A DNA stretch of 64,000 bases from positions 496,001-560,000 of the forward strand of contig CP128818.1 of assembly GCA_051546255.1 (NCBI GenBank), read 5' to 3'. The DNA comes from Meyerozyma guilliermondii (Eukaryota). Below are positions 31,520 to 41,591 of this stretch, in pieces (positions within the stretch are counted from its first letter, which is position 1; every line of letters starts with the position of its first letter). A program made the position numbers and the translations under genes. The notes beneath the pieces are model-generated. The model was not told the origin of the DNA. It saw only the letters and a list, made by a program, of their open reading frames with translations, and made no database searches.

Positions 31520-32503
31520 ATGGACGAAAAGGTAACACAGCCACAAAAGTATGTGGGTTTCGACACCATCACCACGCAAATCGAGAACCGGTTGTTGAAG
31601 CGCGGGTTCCTGCTCAATGTGATGGTGGTGGGACGCCTGGGGCTCGGAAAAAGTACGTTGATCAACACGTTGTTTTCACTGAAACTTGTCGATCTGAGCG
31701 GTCGTCGCCGGGCGGATTTGCCCGTGGAAAAGACCACGGAAATCAAGGTGTCGTCGCATGTGTTGACGGAGAACAACGTTAGATTGAACATCAACGTGAT
31801 TGACACGCCGGGATTTGGTGATCAGATCAACAACGACAAGTGCTGGGAACCACTCGTCAAGTATATCAAGGAGCAATACTCGCAGTATTTGCGTAAGGAG
31901 CTCACGGCGGAAAGGGAGCGGTATATTCCTGACACGCGGGTTCATTGTGTTCTCTACTTTTTGGCTCCCAATGGTCAACCTTTGCTGCAAACTGATGTTC
32001 AAGCTTTGCGGAAACTTAGCGAAATTGCCAACGTGATCCCTGTGATTGCCAAGAGTGATAGCTTGACATTGGAGGAGAGACTGGAGTACAAAAAATTACT
32101 CCAAAACGAATTTATTCGCCACAATTTCAACATCTATCCTTACGATTCCGACGACTTGTATGATGACGAAAGGCAGTTGAACGAGGATATCAAGCTGCTC
32201 ATTCCGTTTGCAGTGGTGGGGTCCGACAAGGAGATTGTGATCAACGGCGAAATGGTTCGTGGTCGCAAAACCAGATGGGGTGCCATCAATGTGGAAGATG
32301 TGTCGCAGTGCGAGTTTGTATTTCTACGCGATTTTTTGACGCGAACCCATCTTCAAGATTTGATCGAAACCACGTCGATGGTTCATTACGAGGGGTTCCG
32401 GTCGAAGCAGTTGATTGCATTGAAGGAAAACGCCGGCAACCGCCAGTCGACGGCAGAAATGCGGAGCCAACAGAGCAGCGAGAGTATATACCAGCGGGCA
32501 TAA
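31520..32503 (+). CDS. CDC10: Septin Cdc10
   Basis: YVGFDTITTQIE, G1 GR(S)GLGKS, DTPGFGD, AKSD and GRKTRWG motifs. No C-terminal coiled coil. Confidence 0.96.
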   Translation: MDEKVTQPQKYVGFDTITTQIENRLLKRGFLLNVMVVGRLGLGKSTLINTLFSLKLVDLSGRRRADLPVEKTTEIKVSSHVLTENNVRLNINVIDTPGFGDQINNDKCWEPLVKYIKEQYSQYLRKELTAERERYIPDTRVHCVLYFLAPNGQPLLQTDVQALRKLSEIANVIPVIAKSDSLTLEERLEYKKLLQNEFIRHNFNIYPYDSDDLYDDERQLNEDIKLLIPFAVVGSDKEIVINGEMVRGRKTRWGAINVEDVSQCEFVFLRDFLTRTHLQDLIETTSMVHYEGFRSKQLIALKENAGNRQSTAEMRSQQSSESIYQRA

Positions 32504-32669
32504 GAGTACAGGAAGAAATACAAGAAAAGGAAGACGCTATAAGCAATTCGTAAACGTAGAATACCGAACAGGACATCGAACAACAAACAAAGAAATTAAG
32601 CTTCGCTTACGCGTGGTGTTTGGATGCAAACCAAGACCCTTTGTTGTCGCACAGATAAGACGATCCCTA

Positions 32670-33842
32670 ATGTCTGCCATTGCAACTCTCTTAACCAACG
32701 AATCCTACCTTCCCGGCGCGCTTACGCTTGCCCATACTCTCCGGAGCCTCGGAACGCAGTACCCGGTCGTGGTGCTTCTCGACGAGACGCAGGTATCGGA
32801 TCGTTCGTTGCAGTTGTTGGAAGCTGCATATGACCGAATCATCCCCATTTCCGATCGTTTGGTGACTTCTCCGGTTGATGACCGGTTAGGACGCCCGGAA
32901 TTGGCCGTCACGTTCTCGAAACTACTTTTGTGGAACGAATCGTACGACCAAATCTTATATTTGGACACCGACGTACTCCCATTAGCAAATGTGGACCACC
33001 TTTTCGACGAGGGTGCGGCGCTCACCCCTCGACAGATTGCAGCTAGTCCCGACTCAGGGTGGCCGGATATTTTTAATTCCGGGGTATTACTTTTCAAACC
33101 GGATCCTCAAGTGTATTCTGACCTTGTTGAATTCGCTTCTGGTTCAGATTCCAGTTTTGATGGCGCTGATCAGGGATTGTTGAACGAGTTTTTTGCAGGA
33201 AATTGGCACCGACTTCCGTTTTTGTACAATGTTACCCCGACCGAATCTTATCAATATGTGCCTGCTTTTCACCGGTTTTTCAAGGATATCAAGATCTTGC
33301 ATTACATCGGCCAAATCAAGCCATGGCACAGTAGTACGAACATTGATCATTTCCGGTTTCATCATTTATGGTGGGACCGGTTTTCCGAGTTTTTTGATAA
33401 AGAAACAAAAAACCACATTTTAGGCGCCACCGGTGAAGCATCCCGGTTGCAAATCCCCCACTATTCCAACACTTGGGATTCTACCGAATCAGCACCACCG
33501 CTGTCTTCGTCTTACGCAGAACCGGCCCCTGCAGGCTCGCTTCCTGCAGTGTTCCCATGGGAACAGCGCCAAACCGCCAACCCCACGAGGGTATTTGACT
33601 CGGGCTGGGGACGCGAATCCGAGGGTGAGGTTGCTGCACCTGCAAAATTAGCTAGACCCTCGGCCACCGATAATATTGAGACCTCCATGCAGGCCATGAA
33701 GGTCGGAACTGGGAAACCCAGCGGACTTAAGAAGAAGTACGAATTTAGCAGCCGGAACGAGCTGTCGGATTTTAATCCCGAAGAGTCACTTGAGCGCGTG
33801 ACACAGCTTCCAGCCAAGCTTATGTCGAAATTTAAGAAGTAA
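32670..33842 (+). CDS. GLG2: Glycogenin (GT8)
   Basis: AIATLLTNESYLPGA, RPEL..TFSKL, YLDTD, PDSGWPDIFNSG, SFDGADQGLLN and HYIG..KPW motifs. The paralog number is uncertain. Confidence 0.88.
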   Translation: MSAIATLLTNESYLPGALTLAHTLRSLGTQYPVVVLLDETQVSDRSLQLLEAAYDRIIPISDRLVTSPVDDRLGRPELAVTFSKLLLWNESYDQILYLDTDVLPLANVDHLFDEGAALTPRQIAASPDSGWPDIFNSGVLLFKPDPQVYSDLVEFASGSDSSFDGADQGLLNEFFAGNWHRLPFLYNVTPTESYQYVPAFHRFFKDIKILHYIGQIKPWHSSTNIDHFRFHHLWWDRFSEFFDKETKNHILGATGEASRLQIPHYSNTWDSTESAPPLSSSYAEPAPAGSLPAVFPWEQRQTANPTRVFDSGWGRESEGEVAAPAKLARPSATDNIETSMQAMKVGTGKPSGLKKKYEFSSRNELSDFNPEESLERVTQLPAKLMSKFKK

Positions 33843-33852
33843 TAAAAAAAAT

Positions 33853-33924
33853 TGCCGATCCCAGGAATCGAACTTGGGTTTCTTCGGCCACAACGAAGTG
33901 TACTAACCACTATACTAGATCGGC
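33853..33924 (-). tRNA. tRNA-His (GUG), no intron
   Basis: GCCGATC/GATCGGC acceptor stem, CTTCG-TTGTGGC-CGAAG anticodon arm and GTTCGATTC B box, followed by a T-run terminator. G-1 is not encoded. Confidence 0.97.
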
Positions 33925-34169
33925 GCAAGTTATGGTGTGAACCATGTACACCAACCACGTCATGCCGGCCGCAGGTTGCAGGGGTGGATTATGCTTGATT
34001 GGGCGAAATTGAGGCGAGCCTCGGATAATATATCCTGATAATACAGGTGCGTTTGTGGTGGCTTTTTACGGTGGAGACGCACAAAAATATGCAAGTTCCA
34101 CTGCACGGTAGAAACGGTGCGGCCACGACCCACGTATCATTCGTCGCCCTCGGAATTAAACTTGCAAGC

Positions 34170-34566
34170 ATGGCTGTCAAGTTGCACTGTTTGGCAGACG
34201 TATGTGTCATTCCGGTATGTACCCTTTATTGTCGATTCCATTCTGGACTCCTCGAACCTCGGTTTCACCTCGGTTCTTGTACTAACCAAGATCGGCACCG
34301 GCAAAGCGTCGGTTTCCGACGAGATCGCCTTGATTACCAAATTGGCTCGCCAATCTCACCTTGAATGCGTCCTCCACAGTGCAGGAACCACCATCGAAGG
34401 ACCGTGGGATGAAGTCACAGACCTAATTGGGCAATTTCATGAGAAACTTCATGATAGCGGCGTGGTTCGGATTCAAAGTGATATCCGGATAGGTACTAGG
34501 AACGATAAGCATCAAACGCCAGCTGACAAAATTAGGGTAGTAGAGGAGAAATTGGCAAATAATTAG
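34170..34566 (+). CDS. ECM15: UPF0045 thiamine-binding-fold protein; exons 34170-34214 and 34291-34566
   Basis: Spliced MAVKLHCLADVCVIPIGTGKASVSD...LHSAGTTIEGPWD...DIRIGTR. Intron 34215-34290 has GTATGT...TACTAAC-CAAG. Confidence 0.92.
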
Positions 34567-34575
34567 TTCATTGAT

Positions 34576-35973
34576 CTAATAATACAGTTTGTAATCATCC
34601 TGGCGGTCATGGTACGGTTGGGGTGGAAAGTGGTCGTATGGAGGTTGTGGTTGAGGATGTTGAGGGTGTGGATGATGATTGTGATGGTGAAGTCCAGACA
34701 GGTGAACGTGAAGTTTTGGCTGGTTGAGTTGATTCAACTGGTTAAGACTTGGTTGGTTTAAGTTTGGATGGTTGGGATTAAGGTTCGGTTGGTTGGGTTG
34801 ATTAAGGTTTGGTGGGCCTGGCTGATTAAGGTTTGGCTGGTTCGGCTGATTAAGGTTTGGCTGGTTCGGCTGGTTTAAGTTTGATTGGTTTTGGTGGTTT
34901 TGGTGGTTTGGCTGATTAAGATTTGGTTGGGTGGTTGGTTGATTTGCGTACCGCTGAAAAACCTGTGATGGCGATTGGTGCAAAAATGCCAGGTACTGAC
35001 TAGGAACCCTTTGCTTTCCGTAGCCCAAAGCAAGATCCAGCTGGTGTTGTTCGTCGAGAAGTTGTTGTTCTTGCAAAACTGCCCGTTCGGTGATTTTTTG
35101 CTCTTTGGCACATTCCGTCACCACCTCATCGCTAACACTGAAACTCGACGGATTGGTCCAAAACAAGTACCGAACCATATCACGGCACTCTTTACTGGTA
35201 AATGTCTTTCCTGAAGCCTTGGAGAGCTCAGCAGCAATGCACCGCCATTTATCAAGCTCGGCATTATCCAATACTTCATGCAAAACCCGTCGGTCTTCCG
35301 GTGTCCACGACGAAGAATTGTTGTTTCCCTGTTGCCCCACAATCACCTGGTACCGGTTACGGGCCGCCAAGTAACTGCCCACGCCCGAAACCTCGGCGAT
35401 TTCCACCCACAGCTTGCCCTCTTTTTTCAACCGCACAATCAAATCGTCTTGCTCGCGCGTATACTTCAGCCGACGCTTGGACCGTCGGTTTGACGCGCCA
35501 CCCGCCGCCTCGGGCCGCACCGACGCCCTCGAAAGTGGCGGCCGCACCATCACCTGCTGGAGCTGCTCAACAAATCCTTTAGTATGCACCCCCGGTAACG
35601 CTCGCTGCACATCTCTCAGAATATCACGCAGACTATGATGCATTACTGCGTCACCAAACTTGGTGGTCACGTTCAGGTTTTGCCGCACCACCTGAGTTTG
35701 CCCGCCGGCGCCGGCGCCCTGACGGTACTCAACATGACTAAAATACGTGTTGTTTTGTGGCACAAAAACAACATTTCCAGGTCCATAGGTATCGAATTGT
35801 GGTGGATAATACATTTGTTGGTTGGGATATTGACCAGAACCAAAATAGGATGGAGGAGGAATCATCATTTGTGGGTTAAAATTGCGAGTTTCTTCACGAG
35901 GAGTATTGGCAACATCGGCCAGTTTTTGTGGATACTCTATAGGATTATTATAGCCACTCATAATTATCGCCAT
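34576..35973 (-). CDS. AAF1: Myb/SANT-like regulator with N/Q-rich tail (Candida adherence factor AAF1-like)
   Basis: YTREQDDLIVRLKKEGK(S)WVEIA...AARNRYQ and a second WTPED...KWRCIA repeat. Position between GLG2/ECM15 and UBA1 matches C. albicans as I recall it. Confidence 0.7.
   Translation of the reverse strand: MAIIMSGYNNPIEYPQKLADVANTPREETRNFNPQMMIPPPSYFGSGQYPNQQMYYPPQFDTYGPGNVVFVPQNNTYFSHVEYRQGAGAGGQTQVVRQNLNVTTKFGDAVMHHSLRDILRDVQRALPGVHTKGFVEQLQQVMVRPPLSRASVRPEAAGGASNRRSKRRLKYTREQDDLIVRLKKEGKLWVEIAEVSGVGSYLAARNRYQVIVGQQGNNNSSSWTPEDRRVLHEVLDNAELDKWRCIAAELSKASGKTFTSKECRDMVRYLFWTNPSSFSVSDEVVTECAKEQKITERAVLQEQQLLDEQHQLDLALGYGKQRVPSQYLAFLHQSPSQVFQRYANQPTTQPNLNQPNHQNHQNQSNLNQPNQPNLNQPNQPNLNQPGPPNLNQPNQPNLNPNHPNLNQPSLNQLNQLNQPKLHVHLSGLHHHNHHPHPQHPQPQPPYDHFPPQPYHDRQDDYKLYY
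34715..34940 (-). repeat. Coding minisatellite, about 24-nt unit encoding PNLNQPNQ
   Basis: About 8 variant copies of NLNQP(NQP) in the AAF1-like C-terminus. Confidence 0.9.
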
Positions 35974-36717
35974 GGTATGGCAAAAGCCAATAAAAGTTTT
36001 TTCGTCGCGCGGGAAATTAGGGGTTTATAAAGAAGGTGATTCTATTATTAAGGGGCGGCTGTGAATTATCGTTTTTACGATACCCGCACATAATATACGA
36101 TTTGGTGCGGTCCCGCCTTAAACGTTTACGATGCAGGCGCATGCACCCACCCACTGAACATAACTGCATGCAGTGTGCACAACGCATGCATAGTACAAAA
36201 ATCAATGTACCCCGCCCGCCCTCTTAGTCATGACGAGATGCAGCAACTAAAATACGCGAGTGCTTTCAAGCAGATCTCACGACAAAACTCACCATAATAT
36301 ACACCACACTAACAGCATTGTTGCAAGCCCAAGAACGTGGCTAGTGTATGCTCGCGGCTTGAAGTGTCGCCAACAAACCGAAAAATAAACTCGTGAATCC
36401 GGATAAGGCGGGTGCGCCGCACAGCCTCGCGTAAAATGCACAAGCAGGCTTTATTGCAGTGAACCCTGAACGACATCTAACCGCGGCGTCGCGCAGGCGT
36501 CACAATAACTGGCTGAATAACCAATATGATTGCTCTTACCTGCACCGTTAAGCGACCTCGGTATGTACCAGGGCAATAAGCCACCGGTGGCAACGGTGGA
36601 GAGTGATCGCCGCCCCTTATATACACACCGTTACATACAGTACACTCGTATGCTCTTACAGGTGCACCACCTGAGGCATATCAATCTACATAAACTTTCA
36701 TCTTTGATGATTTCTTC

Positions 36718-38205
36718 ATGTCAGATATTGAACTGCGCAATAAGTTTGACGCTGCCTATGAGTTCGTGGCGGTAAATGATGTGGATTCTGAGTTGGAAAC
36801 GGCTGCAAATTATCCCAAACATGTTTATCGTCGAGTAGATTGGGTGATCCTTCCTCTTCTTTGTGGGATTTATTTCTTACAATTTCTTGACAAATCTCTT
36901 TTAAATTATGCTGCGGTGATGGGGATCAAGGATAATCTTCGAGGGAACCAATTCAGTAATTTGGGAACCATATTGTATGTGGCTTATATTGTGTTTGAGC
37001 CTATAAGTGCATACTGTTTCCAAGTACTTCCACCGGCAAAATTTTTTGCCTTCTGTGTGACTGCTTGGGGGATAGTGGTTGCTCTCCATACGGTGTGCAC
37101 ATCTTATGCTTCGTTGATGGTTATTCGAGCACTTTTAGGATGTTTTGAGGCTTGTGTTGCACCAGGATGTATCATTATTACCGGGATGTGGTACTCGCAT
37201 CGCCAACAATTGACGAGAATGGGGTTCTGGTCGATCCAGGCAGGAACATCGACAATTTTAGGTGGTCTTTTATCATTTGCTTTTCAACATGTCGACTCGT
37301 CGAAGACTTCTCTTAAATCTTGGCAGATTTTTTTCTTGATGATGGGACTAATAACGGTGGTTTTCGGCGTGGTGGTGTTTGTTTATCTTCCTAATAACCC
37401 GCTCGAGGCTACGTTTCTCGATGATGAACAAAAAAAAGTGGTTCTCAATAATATTCGTGAAAATGAAACCGGAACCGAAAATAAAACCTTTAAAAAAGCT
37501 CACATTTATGAACTTTTTTTCCACGATAAACATACCTGGCCAATGTTTATTCTCACATTGATCACCATGATTCCAACTGGCTCCGTCATAACCTTCAGCG
37601 TCACCATTATAGCTTCTTTTGGCTACTCCAGTAAACATGCTGCTCTCATGCAAATGCCCGTGGGAGTGTCCACCATAATTCTGATTCTTGGTGCCACCTA
37701 CTTGTGCTCGTATTTCAATGGAAAGCACCGAAGCCATATTTTCGTTTCGCTTCTAATTCCTGCCATTATAGGCTATATCGTGATGCTTTCTTCAACCAAC
37801 CAAATCGGCAATTTACTTTCGGTCTACTTGATCAATGTTGGAACCTGTGTTATCACCATGATCTACGCCTGGAACTCGAAAAATACAGCTGGCTATACCA
37901 AAAGACTCGCCAGAAATTGTCTCACAATGATAGCTTTTGCCGTAGGCTGTTTGATCGGTCCGCAACTTTTTAGGGCTTCCGATGCACCCCATTACAGAAG
38001 AGCAAAGATAACTCTTCTAGTGTTGTCAGCGGTGCTGATTCCACTTGTATATGCCATTGGACACATTCTGAAAACGGAAAATCGAAAGCGAGACCAACTT
38101 GAAGGCACCAAAGCTGAGCAAGAATGGTACGAAAAAGTTGGCGAAAACTTTCAGTTCAAGGACTTGACTGATGTGGAGAATATTCATTTTCGGTACCTGT
38201 ACTAG
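36718..38205 (+). CDS. MFS anion:cation symporter, allantoate permease (DAL5) family
   Basis: RVDWVILP, QFLDKSLLNYAAVMG, ITGMWY, SWQI, NTAGYTK, IGPQLF and DLTDVENIHFRY motifs. Confidence 0.92.
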   Translation: MSDIELRNKFDAAYEFVAVNDVDSELETAANYPKHVYRRVDWVILPLLCGIYFLQFLDKSLLNYAAVMGIKDNLRGNQFSNLGTILYVAYIVFEPISAYCFQVLPPAKFFAFCVTAWGIVVALHTVCTSYASLMVIRALLGCFEACVAPGCIIITGMWYSHRQQLTRMGFWSIQAGTSTILGGLLSFAFQHVDSSKTSLKSWQIFFLMMGLITVVFGVVVFVYLPNNPLEATFLDDEQKKVVLNNIRENETGTENKTFKKAHIYELFFHDKHTWPMFILTLITMIPTGSVITFSVTIIASFGYSSKHAALMQMPVGVSTIILILGATYLCSYFNGKHRSHIFVSLLIPAIIGYIVMLSSTNQIGNLLSVYLINVGTCVITMIYAWNSKNTAGYTKRLARNCLTMIAFAVGCLIGPQLFRASDAPHYRRAKITLLVLSAVLIPLVYAIGHILKTENRKRDQLEGTKAEQEWYEKVGENFQFKDLTDVENIHFRYLY

Positions 38206-38541
38206 CCACAATAATATGTAGATAGAGTGGTGAAAATACGCTAATAATACTGGAAAATACCAGAATAATAAGCAAAGAACAATAAAGCAAGAATAAGAAT
38301 AAAATTAAGAATAAAGTAGATAAGAAAATAAAGAGTAAGCTCCAATTGGTTCACAAGCGAGATTACAATTGTTCACAAAGGAGTCAAATGAGTCACAAAA
38401 ATTTGAAATATTTTCATCGACTCTTATTTCTTATCACGACCACTCGCTCATCGCTCGCGGTCGTGGCCATAGTCGTGTCCTGCACACCCGCACACCACCA
38501 CCACCACCATTCTCAACACTCCGCAATTATTAATCTTCATC

Positions 38542-41500
38542 ATGACAAGCATGCAGATCGATCCTCCCGGCTCCATAGACGAGGGCTTGTACCTGAGACA
38601 GATCTATGTGCTTGGAAAAGAAGCTATGATGCGTATGCAAAACGCAAATGTTTTAATTGTAGGACTTTCGGGACTCGGCGTGGAAATCGCCAAAAACGTC
38701 ACTCTTGCTGGAGTCAAGCTGTTGGCGTTATACGATCCGGAACCAGTGAAAATCCAAGATCTCTCGTCACAGTTCTTCTTGAGAGAAGCGGACGTGGGTA
38801 GGTCTCGTGCGGAAGTTTCGGCATCCAGATTGTCGGAGTTGAACCAGTATGTTCCCATTTCGGTGGTTGATGATTTATCTGCATCCACACTTGCGCTGTT
38901 CAAGTGTGTGGTTTGCACCAATACGACGCTTGAAGAGCAGATTCGGATCAACGAGGTGACACATGCTAATGATACTGGGTTCATTTCCGCTGATGTCCGC
39001 GGTTTGTTCGGCCAGTTGTTTGTGGATTTCGGTGAAAAATTCACAGTGGTGGACCAGACCGGTGAGGAACCCCACCAGGGAATTGTCAGTGACATCGAAA
39101 AGGACGGAACCGTGACCATGCTTGACGATAATCGCCACGGCTTGGAGGACGGTGATTACGTCAAGTTCTCCGAGGTGCAAGGAATGCCCAATCTCAACGA
39201 CGGAAACCCCCGGAAAATCGAGGTGTTGGGTCCCTATGCTTTCAGAATCAAACTCGGACCCAACGACGGCGAGTACGTCAAAGGAGGCTTGTATACCCAG
39301 GTTAAGATGCCCAAGGAATTCGAGTTCCAGTCGTTGCAAACCCAGCTCGCAAACCCAGAATACCTCATTTCCGACTTTGCCAAGTTCGACAGGCCTCCAC
39401 AGCTCCACTTGGGCTTCCAGGCGTTGCAGATGTTTCGCAACCGCCATCAAAGTCTTCCTAGACCATGCAACCAAGAAGATGCCAACGAGTTGATTTCCTT
39501 CACGAAACAGCTTGCCAAACAAAATCCCTCGATTCTTGGCGACGCCGAGGTCGATGAAAAGCTTATCACAGAGTTGGCGTTCCAGGCCCAGGGAGATATA
39601 CCCGGAATGGTGGCTCTTTTCGGTGGATTTATTGCCCAGGAAGTGTTGAAGAATTGCTCGTCCAAATTCACTCCTGCTAAACAATGGGTGTATTTCGACT
39701 CATTGGAATCTTTGCCAGATCCAACAGAGTACCCAAGAACACCCGAAACCACCAAGCCTCAAAACTCACGCTATGATCTGCAAATCGCTGTCTTCGGCTC
39801 CAAATTCCAGGAAACGATTGCAAACTTGAATGTCTTCTTGGTGGGATCCGGTGCTATTGGATGCGAAATGATGAAGAACTGGGCAATGATGGGGCTCGGT
39901 AGTGGTCCAAAGGGTAAAATCACGGTCACCGATATGGACTCTATTGAAAAATCAAACTTAAACCGTCAATTTTTGTTCCGTCCAAAAGATGTCGGCAAAA
40001 ACAAATCCGAAGTCGCAGCCGCAGCCGCTCTCGACATGAACCCCGACCTTCACATCGAGGCCAAATTGGAAAAAGTCGGTCCTGAAACCGAAGATCTCTA
40101 CGATGACGACTTTTGGAATGGACTCGATTTTGTCACCAATGCGCTCGACAACGTCGATGCTCGTACCTATGTCGACAGGCGCTGTGTGTTCTACAAGAAG
40201 CCTCTTCTCGAATCTGGAACTCTTGGTACCAAGGGAAATACTCAAGTCGTTATACCCAACTTGACCGAATCATACGCCAGTTCGCACGATCCACCAGAGA
40301 AGCTGATTCCGCTCTGTACTCTCCGGTCGTTTCCTAACAAAATCGACCACACCATTGCGTGGGCAAAGTCGCTTTTCCAAGGCTATTTTGCTGATCTGCC
40401 CGAGACCGTCAATTTGTACCTCAGTCAACCAAACTACGTCGAGCAAACTCTCAAACAGAATCCTGATATCAAGGGCACTCTTGCCAATATCCGGGACTAT
40501 CTCGTGAGCAGACCCTATACTTTTGACGACTGTATACGTTGGGCTCGTACTCGATTCGAGGAAAAATTCAATCATGAGATTCTCCAGTTATTATACAACT
40601 TTCCCGTCGACGCCAAAACTTCCAATGGAGCTCCTTTCTGGTCTGGACCCAAGAGAGCACCTACACCTTTGAGGTTTGACATCAACAACCCCGACCACTT
40701 CAACTTTGTGGTTGGTGGTGCCAATCTTTTGGCTTCGATCTACGGCTTGAAGGAAACCAGTGCATCGCGTGAAGATTACAAGAAGGTTGTAGAGTCGATG
40801 CACTTTGATCCATATGAGCCCAAATCGGGAGTCAGCATCGCTGCTAACGATGCCGAAGCAGAAGAACAACAGCGCAGTATGTCTGGAAGTATTGATGATG
40901 ACGAGATCAAGAAAATTGCTGCTGAGTTGCCAGAACCCGCTTCGTTAGCTGGTTTCCGTCTCACCCCCATCGAGTTCGAAAAGGATGATGATACCAACCA
41001 CCACATCGAATTTATCGCAGCTGCTTCAAATTGCCGTGCTTTGAACTATGCTATCGAGACCGCAGATGCGTCCAAGACCAAGCTTATTGCCGGAAAAATT
41101 GTGCCTGCTATTGCGACTACAACCGCATTGGTTACTGGTCTTGTGTGCTTGGAGTTGTACAAAGTGGTTGCTAAGGATACCAACATCGAGCACTACAAGA
41201 ACGGTTTTGTCAATCTTGCGCTTCCATTTGTCGGATTTTCAGAACCAATTCTGTCGCCAAAGGGTAAGTATAACGGAGTTGAGTTCGACTCAATTTGGGA
41301 CCGGTTCGAAATTGAAGGTGATATCACCTTACAAGAGCTTCTTGACTACTTTGCCAACGAAAAAGGGTTAGAAATCTCCATGTTGTCGTATGGAGTTTCA
41401 CTCTTGTATGCCTCGTTCTTCCCTCCAAAGAAGATCAAGGACAGAAGCACAATGAAAATGACTGCTCTCATCAAAGAGGTGAGCAAGAAGGAAATTCCTC

Positions 41501-41589
41501 CTCATGTTCACAACTTGATTCTCGAAATCTGCTGCGATGACAAGGAGGGTGAAGATGTGGATGTTCCTTACATCTGTATCAAGATCTAG
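38542..41589 (+). CDS. UBA1: Ubiquitin-activating enzyme E1
   Basis: IDEGLY(S)[25 protein letters not shown], catalytic PLCTLRSFP and FEKDDDTN motifs. Confidence 0.98.
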   Translation: MTSMQIDPPGSIDEGLYLRQIYVLGKEAMMRMQNANVLIVGLSGLGVEIAKNVTLAGVKLLALYDPEPVKIQDLSSQFFLREADVGRSRAEVSASRLSELNQYVPISVVDDLSASTLALFKCVVCTNTTLEEQIRINEVTHANDTGFISADVRGLFGQLFVDFGEKFTVVDQTGEEPHQGIVSDIEKDGTVTMLDDNRHGLEDGDYVKFSEVQGMPNLNDGNPRKIEVLGPYAFRIKLGPNDGEYVKGGLYTQVKMPKEFEFQSLQTQLANPEYLISDFAKFDRPPQLHLGFQALQMFRNRHQSLPRPCNQEDANELISFTKQLAKQNPSILGDAEVDEKLITELAFQAQGDIPGMVALFGGFIAQEVLKNCSSKFTPAKQWVYFDSLESLPDPTEYPRTPETTKPQNSRYDLQIAVFGSKFQETIANLNVFLVGSGAIGCEMMKNWAMMGLGSGPKGKITVTDMDSIEKSNLNRQFLFRPKDVGKNKSEVAAAAALDMNPDLHIEAKLEKVGPETEDLYDDDFWNGLDFVTNALDNVDARTYVDRRCVFYKKPLLESGTLGTKGNTQVVIPNLTESYASSHDPPEKLIPLCTLRSFPNKIDHTIAWAKSLFQGYFADLPETVNLYLSQPNYVEQTLKQNPDIKGTLANIRDYLVSRPYTFDDCIRWARTRFEEKFNHEILQLLYNFPVDAKTSNGAPFWSGPKRAPTPLRFDINNPDHFNFVVGGANLLASIYGLKETSASREDYKKVVESMHFDPYEPKSGVSIAANDAEAEEQQRSMSGSIDDDEIKKIAAELPEPASLAGFRLTPIEFEKDDDTNHHIEFIAAASNCRALNYAIETADASKTKLIAGKIVPAIATTTALVTGLVCLELYKVVAKDTNIEHYKNGFVNLALPFVGFSEPILSPKGKYNGVEFDSIWDRFEIEGDITLQELLDYFANEKGLEISMLSYGVSLLYASFFPPKKIKDRSTMKMTALIKEVSKKEIPPHVHNLILEICCDDKEGEDVDVPYICIKI

Positions 41590-41591
41590 AA

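Noticed and set aside
26600..32600. Centromere near CDC10/MRPL32/YCP4, as at S. cerevisiae CEN3
   Set aside because: The region is gene-dense with no long AT-rich gap or CDE elements.
34010..34055. CCTG-ATAATA-CAGG hairpin resembling the TPP aptamer P5 loop upstream of ECM15
   Set aside because: The CTGAGA and TGAT junction motifs are missing. Two GATAA GATA-factor sites explain it more simply.
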